This document shows, in pieces, positions 39,069 to 63,613 of a stretch of 64,000 bases of DNA; the first letter of the stretch is position 1; every line of letters starts with the position of its first letter. Where the stretch lies: positions 11,036,001 through 11,100,000 of the forward strand of contig OZ024748.1 in the NCBI GenBank assembly GCA_964016885.1. Direction: 5' to 3'. Below the pieces are notes generated by a model that was not told where the DNA came from, did not search any database, and saw nothing but the letters and a program-made list of their open reading frames with translations. Position numbers and translations under genes: made by a program. Source of the DNA: Eledone cirrhosa (lineage: Eukaryota).

Positions 39069-39297
39069 AACGAGTAAGACCCCGACGGCTGAACTCAAGC
39101 CGTTTCGACGGCTAGTTCTGGATTGAATTAGCCGTCGAAACGGCTTGAGCTCAGCCGTCGGGGGTCTTACTCGTTCCTATTACCCACTCTACTACCCTAA
39201 GTATTGAGTACTTAGGGTATGGTCCACCTGGTTCCTTACCACATTTCCTTCGTTATATATATATATATATATATATGTATAACACACAGATATATAT

Positions 39298-39377
<80 letters not shown>

Positions 39378-39705
39378 GGGGAGGGTCATATTTGTGTAAT
39401 AATATTGCCAGAATTAATAACAGAACACACTCACTGTTTGGTTGGTTTTCGCTTCTGTGTCTTTTATATCGGTTAATTTAATTTTCATTATTCGGTCCTC
39501 AATGTTGCCATTGACTGACCAACGGTCAAAAATACAGATATAATATAGACACAAATACATATATATAGTCTAACAAAGTTCTTTCGTTGCACATCTGCAA
39601 CATCGTCAGTGGTGCTATTATTTTTCCTCCCGTTGTATTGTATGCCTACGCCATCTTTATTTAGTCTGTTTATTTATTTATTTATTTATTTATTTATTTC
39701 TATTT

Positions 39706-39736
<31 letters not shown>

Positions 39737-39921
39737 TTTTTTTATTTTTGTCTTCTCTCCGCGTTTCCGTGTGTGCATAGTGTTTGATGCGTGTTCGTGT
39801 TTGGGTGACTGTGTATTGGTTATTGTATTCTATCTTAGTTTACTAGTGTGTGTTTATATGTGTTTGTTGTTATTGTGCTTGTGTATGTATTTACTTATTT
39901 ATTTATTTATTTATATGTATA

Positions 39922-39982
<61 letters not shown>

Positions 39983-40825
39983 TTGCCGGGATTAAGTAAG
40001 TGACATGGTCACTACTTTAAAACTCATAGCTAAAGGTCTTCTAAATGTTTTTAATTAAACATACAGTATATTGCCAAATATACTATACATACATTCATAT
40101 ACACACACACACATACACACACACATATACACACACACACACATGTAGACCAGTAGGAAACACTGGTATAAAGACAGTCATACACACATAACACACACAC
40201 AACACACACATATATATATGTACATATATGTTTATATATATATATATATATATAAATGGAAAAAATGAAACGAAATTTATATATACATATACATATATAT
40301 ATATACATATACATATATATACATATTCATATATATATATATATATCTTATATATATATATATATCTGAACAAACCCATCTAGGTTGATTCATAAACCCA
40401 AACATATATAAAACACCTTTGAGACAAGTTGAGACTTGAGTCGTACAGAAGTTAGATTAAATCAGATATGGGCAACTTTTTTCAAGCGGAACTTCTGTAC
40501 GACTCAAGTCTCAACTTGTCTCAAAGGTGTTTTATATATGTTTGGGTTTATGAATCAACCTAGATGGGTTTGTTCAGAATATATTGTGGGGATGAGTGAC
40601 GTACTCTCTCTCTCTATCTCCCTCTCTCTCAGGTAAGAGAACAGTGTTCTCTTAATTGTATGTATCTCAGTTATGTGAACCATCGAACCATCCATGGGAC
40701 CCGAACTTCTGATGGAGTCGTAGAGGTACTGTCGTCATAAGAGAGGAGAGAGAGGTACTGATGGTGTATCTTGGGCATTTTGTTTTAAACCCAGGTCTGA
40801 ACACAGCCGATTTCTTCCAGAGAAG

Positions 40826-40871
<46 letters not shown>

Positions 40872-41400
40872 GGAGAAAGAGTTACATAGAGAGAGAGATA
40901 CAGAGAGAATCGACCCCAGTACTTGACTGGTACTTTATTTATCGACCTCGAAAGGATGAAAGGCAAAGTTGACCACGGCGGGATTTGAACGCAGAGATCA
41001 GAGAACCGTAATGAATACAGAAAAGCTATTTATCTGACGCTCTAACGATTCTACCAATTCGCCGTCTTCAAGATAGGAGAATATATTTGGCCTTTGTAAG
41101 GTGAGATTAGCTGCCTAGGGGCTGAATTATTTACCTGTGTAGCTGGGATGTATTCAGGGTTCGCTACAGATCCCCTAAATATTCTGTGGTAAACATGATA
41201 AATATGAAATATAAATTAACACAACATTTATTTTATTAATGAGAACAACAAATATATTATTTTAAGCTCCCTTTTCTGACCATGAATCCAAATAAATACA
41301 CTGCGTGTGTTTTTTTTTAATTTTTATTTAATTTTTGAAAATAATACAGACTTTGAGGGGTGTGTGTCTAATAAAGATGATGTTTGGAGTATTGTATATA

Positions 41401-41469
<69 letters not shown>

Positions 41470-41494
41470 GTATATATATATGTATATATATATG

Positions 41495-41583
<89 letters not shown>

Positions 41584-41635
41584 TGGGTACGTATATATAC
41601 ACAGACACAGACACACATATATATATGTGTATAGT

Positions 41636-42140
<505 letters not shown>

Positions 42141-42158
42141 AAAAACTTAAATAAATTA

Positions 42159-42201
<43 letters not shown>

Positions 42202-42218
42202 TATATATACATACATAT

Positions 42219-42288
<70 letters not shown>

Positions 42289-42299
42289 GTATATATATG

Positions 42300-42334
<35 letters not shown>

Positions 42335-42357
42335 ATATATATATATGTATATATATG

Positions 42358-42425
<68 letters not shown>

Positions 42426-42470
42426 TCAATAGAGTGCTCAATCGAGCCCTCTTTGGTTTTTAGGCTTCCC

Positions 42471-42510
<40 letters not shown>

Positions 42511-42519
42511 TAGTAGTTC

Positions 42520-42725
42520 CACCACAGTTAGTACACTATTTCCGAGGACAATTTGTTTCACCTCAAACGGATCATCAGCTCAGTTTAAATCGAGCTGATG
42601 ATCCGCTGAAGTGAAACTATTTGTCCTCAGAAATAGTGTACTAACTGTTGTGGTACTGCTTCTACCAAACTCGTCCCATGGACTGAATGCTCTACTACTG
42701 CGGATATAACACACCAGTGTTCTGC

Positions 42726-42730
<5 letters not shown>
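42520..42730 (+). mobile_element. Fold-back family B element with hammerhead core
   Basis: gag-CTGATGA..GAAA-ctatttg-TC-ctc at 42592-42628, preceded by an inverted copy; homologous to 32690-32830 and 33675-33800(-). Confidence 0.7.
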
Positions 42731-42777
<47 letters not shown>

Positions 42778-42785
42778 AGAGAGAG

Positions 42786-42868
<83 letters not shown>

Positions 42869-44039
42869 GAGGGAGAAAAAGCTCTTGTAAAGAGGCACCA
42901 TTCTTGACACGCGGCGTGTCTTGGACATTTTAAAACCTGGCGAAACCCACCCATAGAGAGAAAGAGAGGAAGAATCTACCCCAGTACTTGACTGGTACTT
43001 TTTTTTTAATCGATCCCGTAAAGATGAAAGACGTAAAGTTGAACTCGGCCGGATTTGAATACAAAGCTCAGAGGGCAGGGACGAACGCCGCCAAACAATC
43101 TATCTGACGTTCTAACAACCCTGTCAATTCGCCGCCATTTTGTTTGGTGTATTACATAATAAATTATGATGGAAGAATTTGATTTAAATATGGTTTCTGA
43201 TTTAGGCATAAAGCCAGTAATTTATGTTTGAAGGGAAAGTCGGTAATATCAATCCCAGTACTTTACTGGTATATTGTTTCATCGAGTTCCACAACGATGG
43301 AGGATGTAAATCAAGTCCTACGATTTTATACAATGCAATGCAAGTGCCACAATTTTGGTTTCTTGATCCACTTTACCCACTCCGGTCGAGATAAAGATGG
43401 CCACCCACAAGAACGAGCCTCACAAGGTCGTACTGGCTCTTTCAGTGCATCTTCCTCCCTATCCTCTGGGGTAACGTATTCGCCATTTTGTCTACCAGGA
43501 CCATGAAATATTTGCATGAAACGCTATGATTTCCTTTGCATATCTTAAATATAAGGACGTTTTTTATTTTTATTTTTACGTTTGAAGACGTGAAAAATGA
43601 CCCATAACATTAAAAGATATAAAATAAACCTCATAACTTAAATGTTTCTTAAACAAGTCTCACAACTGTTGCTAATACGAATTTTTTTTCCCTGAGTGGA
43701 CTGGAGCAACGGGAAAGGAAATGCTTTATTCAAGGACAGAACGCGCCTCCCGGTCCGACAATAGAACTCACAACCTTACGACCGTGAGTCCAACACTCCA
43801 CGCCGCCTCTCCCTCATGTAAGAACAATAATAATAATAATTGTTTCTACTTTTGGCACAAGGCCAGCAATTATCCCAGTGCATTACTGGTACTTTATTTT
43901 ATCGACCCCGTAAGGATGAAAGGCAAAGTTAACCTCGGCGGGATTTGAACTCAGAACGTAAAGGGACGTAGATCAATGCCACAAAGCATGTTGTCCGACG
44001 CTCTAACGATACAACAATAATAATAATAATAATAATAAT

Positions 44040-44089
<50 letters not shown>

Positions 44090-44601
44090 GATCAACATCA
44101 TCATCAACAATAACAATAGAATCATCTTCAACTAGAATAACAATAACAACAACAATAATTAGGCACAATGCCAGTGATTTGGTGGGGGTGGGGGAAGGCC
44201 GATTTTTATTATCTACCCCAGTATTTAACTGGTATTTCACCGACGTCGGAAAGATGAAAGGAGATGTTGATCATCGCAGCGTTTGAATGTGGAACGATTC
44301 GGTAGTTATCATCATCATCATCCTTATCATCAACATCATCATCATCACCATCACCATCATCATCAATCGTATTATCATCAACATCACAACCATCATCACC
44401 ATCATCCTCATCATCAACATCATCATCACAACCATCATCATCATCACCATCATCACAACCATCATCATCAGCACCATCATCATCATCATCATCATTATCG
44501 ACATCCCCTAACCATCATCACAGCCATCCCAACCCCACCACCACAAGTAAAGTTATTCTAATAATTATATCGTCCTCCTTATCACCATCACCATCTCCTT
44601 C

Positions 44602-44643
<42 letters not shown>

Positions 44644-45121
44644 AACAACAACAGCAGCAACGTTATCTTCTAGTTAATCTTTTGGATTTCACGATCAGCT
44701 CAACTCAATGGAAAATTCTGAAAAATTGGAGAAAATGAGCGAAGTACATTAATATCATTATATGAATATGTACACACACACACACACACACACACATACA
44801 CACACATACACACACACATACACAGAGACACACACGCACACACACACACACAGACATACAGACACACACACAGACACACAGACACACACAGATAGACAGA
44901 CAGACAAACAGACAGATATATATATATATATATATTTATTTCCGAAGACAGCATATATATGTGTAGGTATGTATATTCCCTCTGATAGCTTGTAAAAATT
45001 TTACATAGATCTATATGATATACATACCAACACACACATATATATCCTAGAAACGATCGTAAAATGATGAATTTTTTAATATAAGGAACTGTTTCTTTGT
45101 TTTTATTCATTATTTTTATTA

Positions 45122-45193
<72 letters not shown>

Positions 45194-45256
45194 ATAAGTA
45201 ACATGAATATAATAACTTCACAGTTAAGGGACTAACATTTCTTTCATCACCATCAT

Positions 45257-45287
<31 letters not shown>

Positions 45288-45289
45288 AG

Positions 45290-45760
45290 CCGGCGGCCTC
45301 AGCCGAAATCGAGTCAACAATTCGTTTATTGCCGTTGCTAAATCCTGGATTTCAATACCAGAATCTTTGGCGATGACATCGGGATAGGAGAGCTTGCGCC
45401 CCCTGCTATTAGTGACTGCTTGTGGTTTCTAAAGCACTAATGGGGACACAGCCTCAGAGGTGGCACGATGGCAGTGGCCAGCAAATCTTACTCTCCTTTT
45501 ACGTACAACGACAGATATGCGTGGGAGGTCGGCATTTATCTCTCTGAAAGGCAGATGTTGTCAGCTTATGTTCTGAATAAGTTGAAGCAGGCGAGTGTAA
45601 GTGCCAGCAAGGCAGCTTTCTTTTATAATTGACACGTGTTTCGCCAATCATTAAACAAGATCTAGAAATGTTAGTCCGATAGGATTTATCGTAAAATTCA
45701 ATTTCCAATATTTTGCGACAACACCCTGGTAAATCGGATCTTCAGAATTTAACCATGGTT
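45290..45760 (-). mobile_element. Degenerate 3' end of an RTE-clade LINE
   Basis: The minus-strand translation reads GTYTRLLQLIQNIS*QHL..DLPRISVVVRKRRVRFAGHCHR..SPLVL*KP..RGRKLSYPD, followed by a (GCT/GAT)n tail. Confidence 0.8.
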
Positions 45761-45981
45761 TTCAGAATTTAGCAAAGTTGACCTCGGTGGGATTTGAACT
45801 CAGAGAACAGCGAGCCGAAACGAATACCGCAGAGTATTTTCTCAGACGTTCTAACAACACTGCCAATTACGAATCTGCCGCCTTTCAGCAACAATTATCA
45901 CATTCAAAAAGTCGAAACGTTTACTTACCTATCACGAAGATTTCTATACACAAAACTGGAAATGGCAAAGAAGACTAAAAA

Positions 45982-55050
<9,069 letters not shown>

Positions 55051-55633
55051 CTGTAAGGTGAAAATAATAGTTTCTGATTTAGGCACAAGGCCAATAATTT
55101 TTTGGGGGGAGGGGACAGTGCATTACTGGTACTTTATTTTATCGGCCCCTTGAGGATGAAAAAGAAAGCATATTGTTTGATGCTCTACCGACACTGTCAA
55201 TAAGTACCAGTAATGCACTGAGGTCAATGCAATCATCTCCCCTCCCCCCCACACTCTTCACAAATTCTTGGCCTTGTGCCTAAATCTGAAACCATAATTA
55301 AACTAGAGTTTGGAATATAACTTAACAAAGGTTCTTACATACAATAATGTTTAAAAAGTTTTTTCTTTTATCATAATCTATAATCACAGATAAATATAAA
55401 TACTTAAAAGCAAACAGTTTTGTATTATAGAACCAGGGGCGGTTTCAGGTGGTTTAGTATAAAAAAGGGTTAAGGTTCCCTACTCCGCGGATTCCATTTA
55501 TTTCGCTGATTTTGTTCGTTAATTTTTTTTTAGTACGAAATAAAAGGAATTAGTCTCGTGTTTGATTCCGATATTTTACGATGTTAACTAACTGTACTAA
55601 ACATGGCATATTTCCCTAACGTGTTATCGTCTG

Positions 55634-55723
<90 letters not shown>

Positions 55724-55919
55724 GGGGGGGAGAGATACAGAGAGGGAGAAAACAAAAATCATTGGACAAATCAATTGGAAATTGATTCCAGATTTATCAG
55801 ATGTTCGGCCGATTAAACAATCAGATGTCTTCTTCACAAATGTCGTGGTAGTAATTATACATACACATATACACACACATATATATACATACATATTATA
55901 CATATATATATATATATAT

Positions 55920-55950
<31 letters not shown>

Positions 55951-55956
55951 CATACA

Positions 55957-56019
<63 letters not shown>

Positions 56020-56456
56020 ATACATATACATATACATATATATATAACCAGAATTGGTCGGAGAAAAATGCGAGATACAAGAGATTTTAAAAGGTTCTTT
56101 CCACATTTTCCGCAAAATTAGATATTCTTTGGTAATTATGCAATAATTCTTTGACAGTGGATATTGGTATTTGTAAAGACAAGGAACAGAAAAAGAAAAG
56201 AGAAAAATAAAATAAAATAAAGACGACAAAAAAAAAAAAGTAAATGGTTTTGATATTGCAGAATACTTCCAGCTGTTTGTCTATGTGTTGGAATGGATAA
56301 ACAGATGGATGGATAAATGGGGGAGTGGGTTGTAGGTTGTGGGGGATTGGTGGATTGGTGGTGACGTGGCGTGAGATATAGGCTTAACAGAGCGAAGGTG
56401 GAGTAAAAGTTTGTATGTATGAGTTGTGTGAAAGAGAGCATTTGCATGTGTATCAG

Positions 56457-56527
<71 letters not shown>

Positions 56528-56528
56528 A

Positions 56529-56569
<41 letters not shown>

Positions 56570-56570
56570 G

Positions 56571-56603
<33 letters not shown>

Positions 56604-56755
56604 GTATATATATATATATATATATACATGTATATATGTACACACACACACATATATATTTGTTTTAAGGGTTTGTGTGATAGACGCACTATACACGAAT
56701 ACACTCTATACACACTATATACAGGCATATAGATATGTATACACGCGAACATATA

Positions 56756-56795
<40 letters not shown>

Positions 56796-56803
56796 TATAT
56801 ACA

Positions 56804-56878
<75 letters not shown>

Positions 56879-56889
56879 GTATATACACA

Positions 56890-56928
<39 letters not shown>

Positions 56929-57539
56929 CAGAGAGAGAGAGAGAGAGTAAACGTTGGGGGTTGTGTGAAAGAAGGAAGATTTATAAAACTGCTCTGTAAT
57001 AATTATTTTTGGCTATATTCCTCAGAACCAATATTTGATCGATTCTTCAAATACAACAAAACACAGAAACAAGACAAAAAATACAACAACAATAGTGATA
57101 ATAATAATAATAATGGTTTCTGATTTAGGCACAAGGCCAGCAATTACCCAGTACATTTGAAGGGAAGGGAAAAGTTGATTAAATCGACCCCAGTGCATTA
57201 CTGGTACTTTATTTTATTGACCCTGTAAAGATAAAGGGCAAAGCTATAATAATAATTGTTTCTTCTTTAGGCACAAGGCCAGCAATTACCCAGTGCATTA
57301 CTGGTACTTTATTTTATCGACCCCTTAACGATGAAAGGCAAAGCTAACCTCGGCGGGATTTGAACTCAGAACGTAAAGGGCCGTAACTCTATGCGGCAAA
57401 GCATAGTGTCCGATGTTCTACCAATTACTGCCAATTAAAATAAAAATAATAATAAGAAGAGGAACGACAACAACAACAAGAATAAGAAACAAAGTTCAAA
57501 ACTATTTAGTTTCAAACATCCATCATTGGAGAAAAGAAG

Positions 57540-58068
57540 TGTGGCGTGGTGAGGTGTTGGGTTGTGGTGGTGTGGTGGTGTGGTGGTGTGGTGGTGTGGT
57601 GGTGTGGTGTGATGTTGTGTTGTGTTGAGGTGTGGCGTGGTGAGGTGTTGGGTTGTGGTGGTGTGGTGGTGTGGTGGTGTGGTGGTGTGATGTGATGTTG
57701 TGTAGTGTTTTATGTTGTGTTGTGGTGAAGTGTGTTGTGTTGTGGTGGTGTGGTGTGATGTGATGTTGTGTAGTGTTTTGTGTTGTGTTGTGGTGAAGTG
57801 TGTTGTGTTGTGGTGAAGTGTGGTGAAGTGTTTTGTGTAGTGTTTTGTGTTGCGGTGTGAAGTGGTGGTATGGTGTGTTGTGGTGTGATGTGGTGGTGCT
57901 GTGATGTGGTGGTGTTGTGGTGTGATGTGGTGGTGTTGTGATGTGGTGGTGTTGTGGTGTGATGTGGTGGTGTTGTGTGATATTGGATGAAGGAACGAAG
58001 ACATGTGAAAGCCATTATTGAACAGTACATTCAAACAACACTTAATACTGCAGCTAGTTTAGAACACG

Positions 58069-58102
<34 letters not shown>

Positions 58103-58740
58103 CACACGCACACACATACAAACACAAAAATATACACACGCATACAATCACACACATACACACACACACACGCACGCACAGAATCACAGATATACACAGT
58201 CATACAGCTCTCAAATACACACCACACATAGCACAGAGCTCACACACAAACACACACACACACCACAATAACCATCAACATCACCATCACCATCATTATC
58301 ACCATCATCATCATCACCGACACCGTCACAATCACTACCACCACCACCACCACCACCACAATAGCCATCAACATCACCATCACCATCACCATCACCATCA
58401 TCACCATCATCACCATCATCACCATCACCACCATCACCACCACCACCACCACCACTTCACAAATACATCAACACATCGCAGCAGCTGCCAAGCTGATGTT
58501 TCGATCCGTCCGATCGTTCTCTCAATCCCTCATCCCTCTCCTCTCTCCTCCTTCTCTAGCCCCCGCACCACCACCACCACCACTTATACCGCCACCACCA
58601 CCACTACCACTAATACCATCACCACCACCACCACCACCACTAATACCCCCCTCCCACCACCACCACCACCACCACCACCACCACCACCACCACTAATACC
58701 CCCTCCCACCACCACCACCACCACCACCATCCCACTATTG
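57540..58740. repeat. (GTGTG/GGT)n and (CAC/CAT)n low-complexity block
   Basis: Direct inspection. Confidence 0.85.
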
Positions 58741-58967
58741 ACTACCATGTTGCAATAATCCGATGTCGAAGGAATTTTTGTTTCTTCATGCGTCAATCTT
58801 TAGTTAATCCCCTTCCTTTAGAACTCTTTAAACCCCCCCCCCCCCCCACACATCCCCACTCCCGTCGCCGCCACCTAACTATTTAATCCAGTTGCCGCCA
58901 TTCCAACACACTGACAGACAGACAGATAGACAGACAGATAGACAGAGGGAGGCGGAGAGGAAATGAA

Positions 58968-59015
<48 letters not shown>

Positions 59016-59028
59016 CTTCAGAATTACC

Positions 59029-59092
<64 letters not shown>

Positions 59093-59201
59093 GAAGTGAA
59101 AGATGTATATATATATATATATATATACCCGCCCTAGATATATATATATATATATATAGAGAGAGAGGGGTGAGAAGAACAGAGATAAAGATAGAGACAG
59201 T

Positions 59202-59285
<84 letters not shown>

Positions 59286-61361
59286 AATTCGATAATTTAT
59301 ATATCTTCAGTTTCAACTTTCTTCTCTAATTGGTTCTGGAATTATGTATGAATGTGTGTGTGTGTGTGTGGATGAATGTGTGTGTGTGTGTGGTTGAATG
59401 TGTGTATGTGTGTGTGTATGTTTGAATGTGTGTATGGGTGTATGGATGTATGTGTGTGTGAGTATCGAGATGTGTGTGTGTGTGCGGAGGAATTTGCCGT
59501 TGGAGGCGTTGGTGTGACATAAAGGTGAAACATGAAGGCAGTGGTAAAAGGACGCGGTGGTAGTGGAAGTAGTGGCGGTAGTGGTGGTAGTGGTGGTAGT
59601 TGATGGGACACAGAGATGGTGGTTGTAAGTGGTGGGGGTTGAGGTGGGAGGTTGAACGCAGAGGTGACATGTGGAGATGACACGAAGTGGAGATGGTGGC
59701 GGTGGCGGCAAATGGAAGTATGACGTCCTAGTGATGGGACATGGTGGTGGCTATAGTGGTGGAGGTGGTGGTGGCATATAGGTGACTTATGTATGACTTA
59801 GTGGTGATAGGACATCGTATTGGTGGTGGTGGTGGGACATCGTGTTGGTGTGGTGGTGGTGGTGGGGCGTATAGGCAGCTACAGGCTTAGAATTTTCTAT
59901 AAGACAGCCATCAGTACTGGGATCGAATTTTCCTCTATCACTCACTCTACGTCTATAGAAAGAATCGATTCGGTTTCAGACCTGAAGATGGTTTAAAATG
60001 CCCAAGATACGCCGTATGTCACTACGGCGCATCTACGACTCCATTATATTTACAGATCCATCCATCCATCGACCCACCCATCCATCCATCCAACTATACA
60101 TACATGTAGTTTCCTTTTACTCAAATCATTGTCGAAATTTTAGTCCAAATTGTTAAACTTGCTGAATCTTTATCCAACATAAATCATATTAAATTACACC
60201 TTTCTTCTAGAAACCCAACCTCGCCACTCCTGTAATTCTATTTACCCAATAGTTTGCCCACACGACCTTCTAAACTTTTGTAAACCAGCAAATACTTGTA
60301 ATGTTAATACTAACGCCAAACGCCTTCAAAACTAGTTACAACCAGCACTCACATACATTCCCTCGTCAACTGTAATTCTGAAATTGTTTCTACATGCACA
60401 TATGTATGTTTTAATATGATCAAACATTTCAAATATATTCCAACCTCTTCGCTTATTCCAGCCCCTCCTTATTCCAACCCCTGCTTATTCCACCACCCCT
60501 ATTATTTGGGCCCCAAGTATAAAACAAACATGTCATTAGGAATATATCGTTTCCAGCAATAAGCCACAACAATGAGATACCAGCAACATAAAGAGATAGA
60601 CAGCAGTAAAAACAACAATGGAAGCCAAGGAATTTGGCTTTAAAATATCTTAATCAGATTACTCCATTATCTCAGAGAAATCTTTAAACTATTGACAAAT
60701 TCCAGTGAAATTCTAATAAACAGTTCTTATTTAACAGTGAATAACGATTGTATGTGAGATACCCTCCAACTAAACCTGGGACAAAACGTGTCGTTGCCTT
60801 CTTAGAGACGATAATAATTAGTGGTAGTGGTGGTGATAGTGGTGGTGGTATGGATAGTGATGGTGGTGATGGTGGTGGTGTGGTGGTGGTGGTGGAGGTG
60901 GTGGTGTTGGTGGTGGTGTTGGTGGTAGTGATGGTGGTGGTGTTGGTGGTGGTGTTGGTGGTAGTGATGCTGGTGGTGGTGGTGGTGTTGGTGTCGGTGG
61001 TAGTGGTGGTTTAAGAGGTGATTGTGGTGATGTTGTTGTTGGTGGTGTTGGTGGTGGTGTTGGTGGTAGTGATGGTAGTGGTGTTGGTGGTGGCGTTGGT
61101 GGTAGTGATGGTGGTGGTGGTGGTGGTGTCGGTGGTAGTGGTGGTTTAAGAGGTGATTGTGGTGATGTTGTTGTTGGTGGTGTTGGTGGTGATGGGGATG
61201 GAGGCAGTGGTGGTGTTATGTGGTGTTGTTGGTGGTGTGGTTGGTTGTGTGTTTGTATGTGTTGGTGTATGTGTGTGTCGGTCTGTGTATGTCAGTCTGT
61301 GTATGTCTGTAGCTGTGCACATGTGTCTGTCTGTAAGTATGTATGTATGTATGTATGTATG

Positions 61362-61826
61362 TTCTTCTGGTTTTATAATTTCACAATTTTTTTCCCAATA
61401 AAGAGAGAGTCGGTTTCTAACATAGACACAAGACTCTCTCATTGGAATTTACACAACATCAACTAGGTAGATATGTATGCATGCATGTGTAGATATGGAT
61501 GTTATTGTATGTGTGGATGTGGATGTTTTGAGTTGTATGTGTGCATATGTGTATGCTTTGCATCTGTACATGTGTATATGCAGTTATTAGACGCAAACTT
61601 TTTGGAATGTTTTACATATTTTTACTGTTCCATTAATGGATTGTACTTGTAATTTCCTAACTAGTTGTGTTCTTTCTGTTCCTGTGAAGCCTAGCTTCTC
61701 AAGATTGGTATTGAGGCAGTTACTAACATACCCCAGTGCCCCAATAATCACAGGCATAAATCTGAAGGTGTAATCAGGGTGGAGTATCTGCAGATTTCTC
61801 ATCAGTTCTGCATAAATATTCTCCTT
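61362..61826 (-). mobile_element. 5'-truncated second copy of the R4/Dong-like LINE
   Basis: KENIYAELMRNLQ...KICKTFQK plus the 3'UTR match 36771-37241; flanked by (ATGT)n on both sides. Confidence 0.85.
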
Positions 61827-61830
61827 CAGA

Positions 61831-61863
<33 letters not shown>

Positions 61864-62829
61864 TGTATGTATGTATGTATGTATGTATGTATGTATGTAT
61901 GTATGTATGTATGTATGTATGTATGTATGTATGTATGTATAGCCATAATTGATTAAAGCACAGTTTATTGTTTCAGCCACGGGGTTTCTATGGAATTGGC
62001 ATAAAATATATTTTGAAGAGAGGCTTAAGAGACTCGAGGTATTGGCCGTTGTAAATAAATAAATAAATAAACAAATAATGATTTCTAGTATAGGCACAAA
62101 CCCAGCAATTTTGTGGGCAGGGAAAGTCGATTAAATCGACCCCAGTACATTACTGGTGCTTCATTTTATCGACCCCGTAAGGATGAAAGGTAAAGCTAAC
62201 CTCGGCAGGATTTGAACTAAGATCATAAAGGGGCGTAACTCTATGCTGCAAGGCATGGCGTCCTACCCTCTACCGATACTGCCAATCCACCGCCCTAAAT
62301 AAACAAATAATGAAAAATAAAACGAATAATAAATAAATAAATAAATAAACAAAAAGTCATTAAATAAAAAAAAAAACGAAAAATATATTTTAAAAAATCA
62401 GTTGTCACAATATGTCGACATTGCAAGTTTACTACTACAGCTCAATTTAAAGTTAGGGTTAATCCTGTCTATAGTTTTCAATAATCCAGAATTTGAAGTC
62501 CTTATTAAACTAGGGTTTGGAACATAACTTAATATAGGTTCTTCGATAAAATTATGATGGATAAACACTTTAATCCTTTTGTTCCTATATTTTTAATCGA
62601 AAACACTGCCCTTTCAATAATTTTCTAAATAATTTAGACTTTGGAGGGATTACACAAAATAACAACAAAGGTAGTCAGTGAGGAGGTCACAGAACGTGTG
62701 ACGAAAGAACGTTGATGGCAATCAACAACTAAACAAGCATCCGGTTATTAAACTAACTGACTGAGAAATTATTATAATAAATTGAAGTGAAATCCGACAG
62801 GTGCGTGTGTTTTATATTTTTCAAAGAAT

Positions 62830-62958
<129 letters not shown>

Positions 62959-62993
62959 CATACATACATGCACACACACACACGCATACACAC

Positions 62994-63039
<46 letters not shown>

Positions 63040-63270
63040 GCAACAGAATACTCACACGTATGTTTTTTTCTCCCCAATTTTTTTCTCTCATTTTCCCTGT
63101 TCCTTCCTCTCATCACTCCTTACTTTCTATTTATATTCTATTTCTAACTCTGTCTTCTGATAAAGGATTAATGTCCAAAACGTTAAGACTCTCTTCCTGC
63201 TATTTCAAGCGTTAAACTAATATATTTCTTCTAAGTACTGCACCATTTTTTTTTGTCATTTTTGTTATTA

Positions 63271-63385
<115 letters not shown>

Positions 63386-63582
63386 TGCAAGTTTGAAAGT
63401 TTGAAGAACTATTAGATAAAATATATACAGTATTTCCTCTTCCTAGTCCGTATAAATCAATCACATAAAAAATCATTTAAACGAGGCTATAAGTTTAAAA
63501 TGTAACTGTGAAGAAATAATAGACAAATGATACAGACTATTTTCCACGATGTACAACCATTATATACATATACCCCTTTGAA

Positions 63583-63611
<29 letters not shown>

Positions 63612-63613
<2 letters not shown>

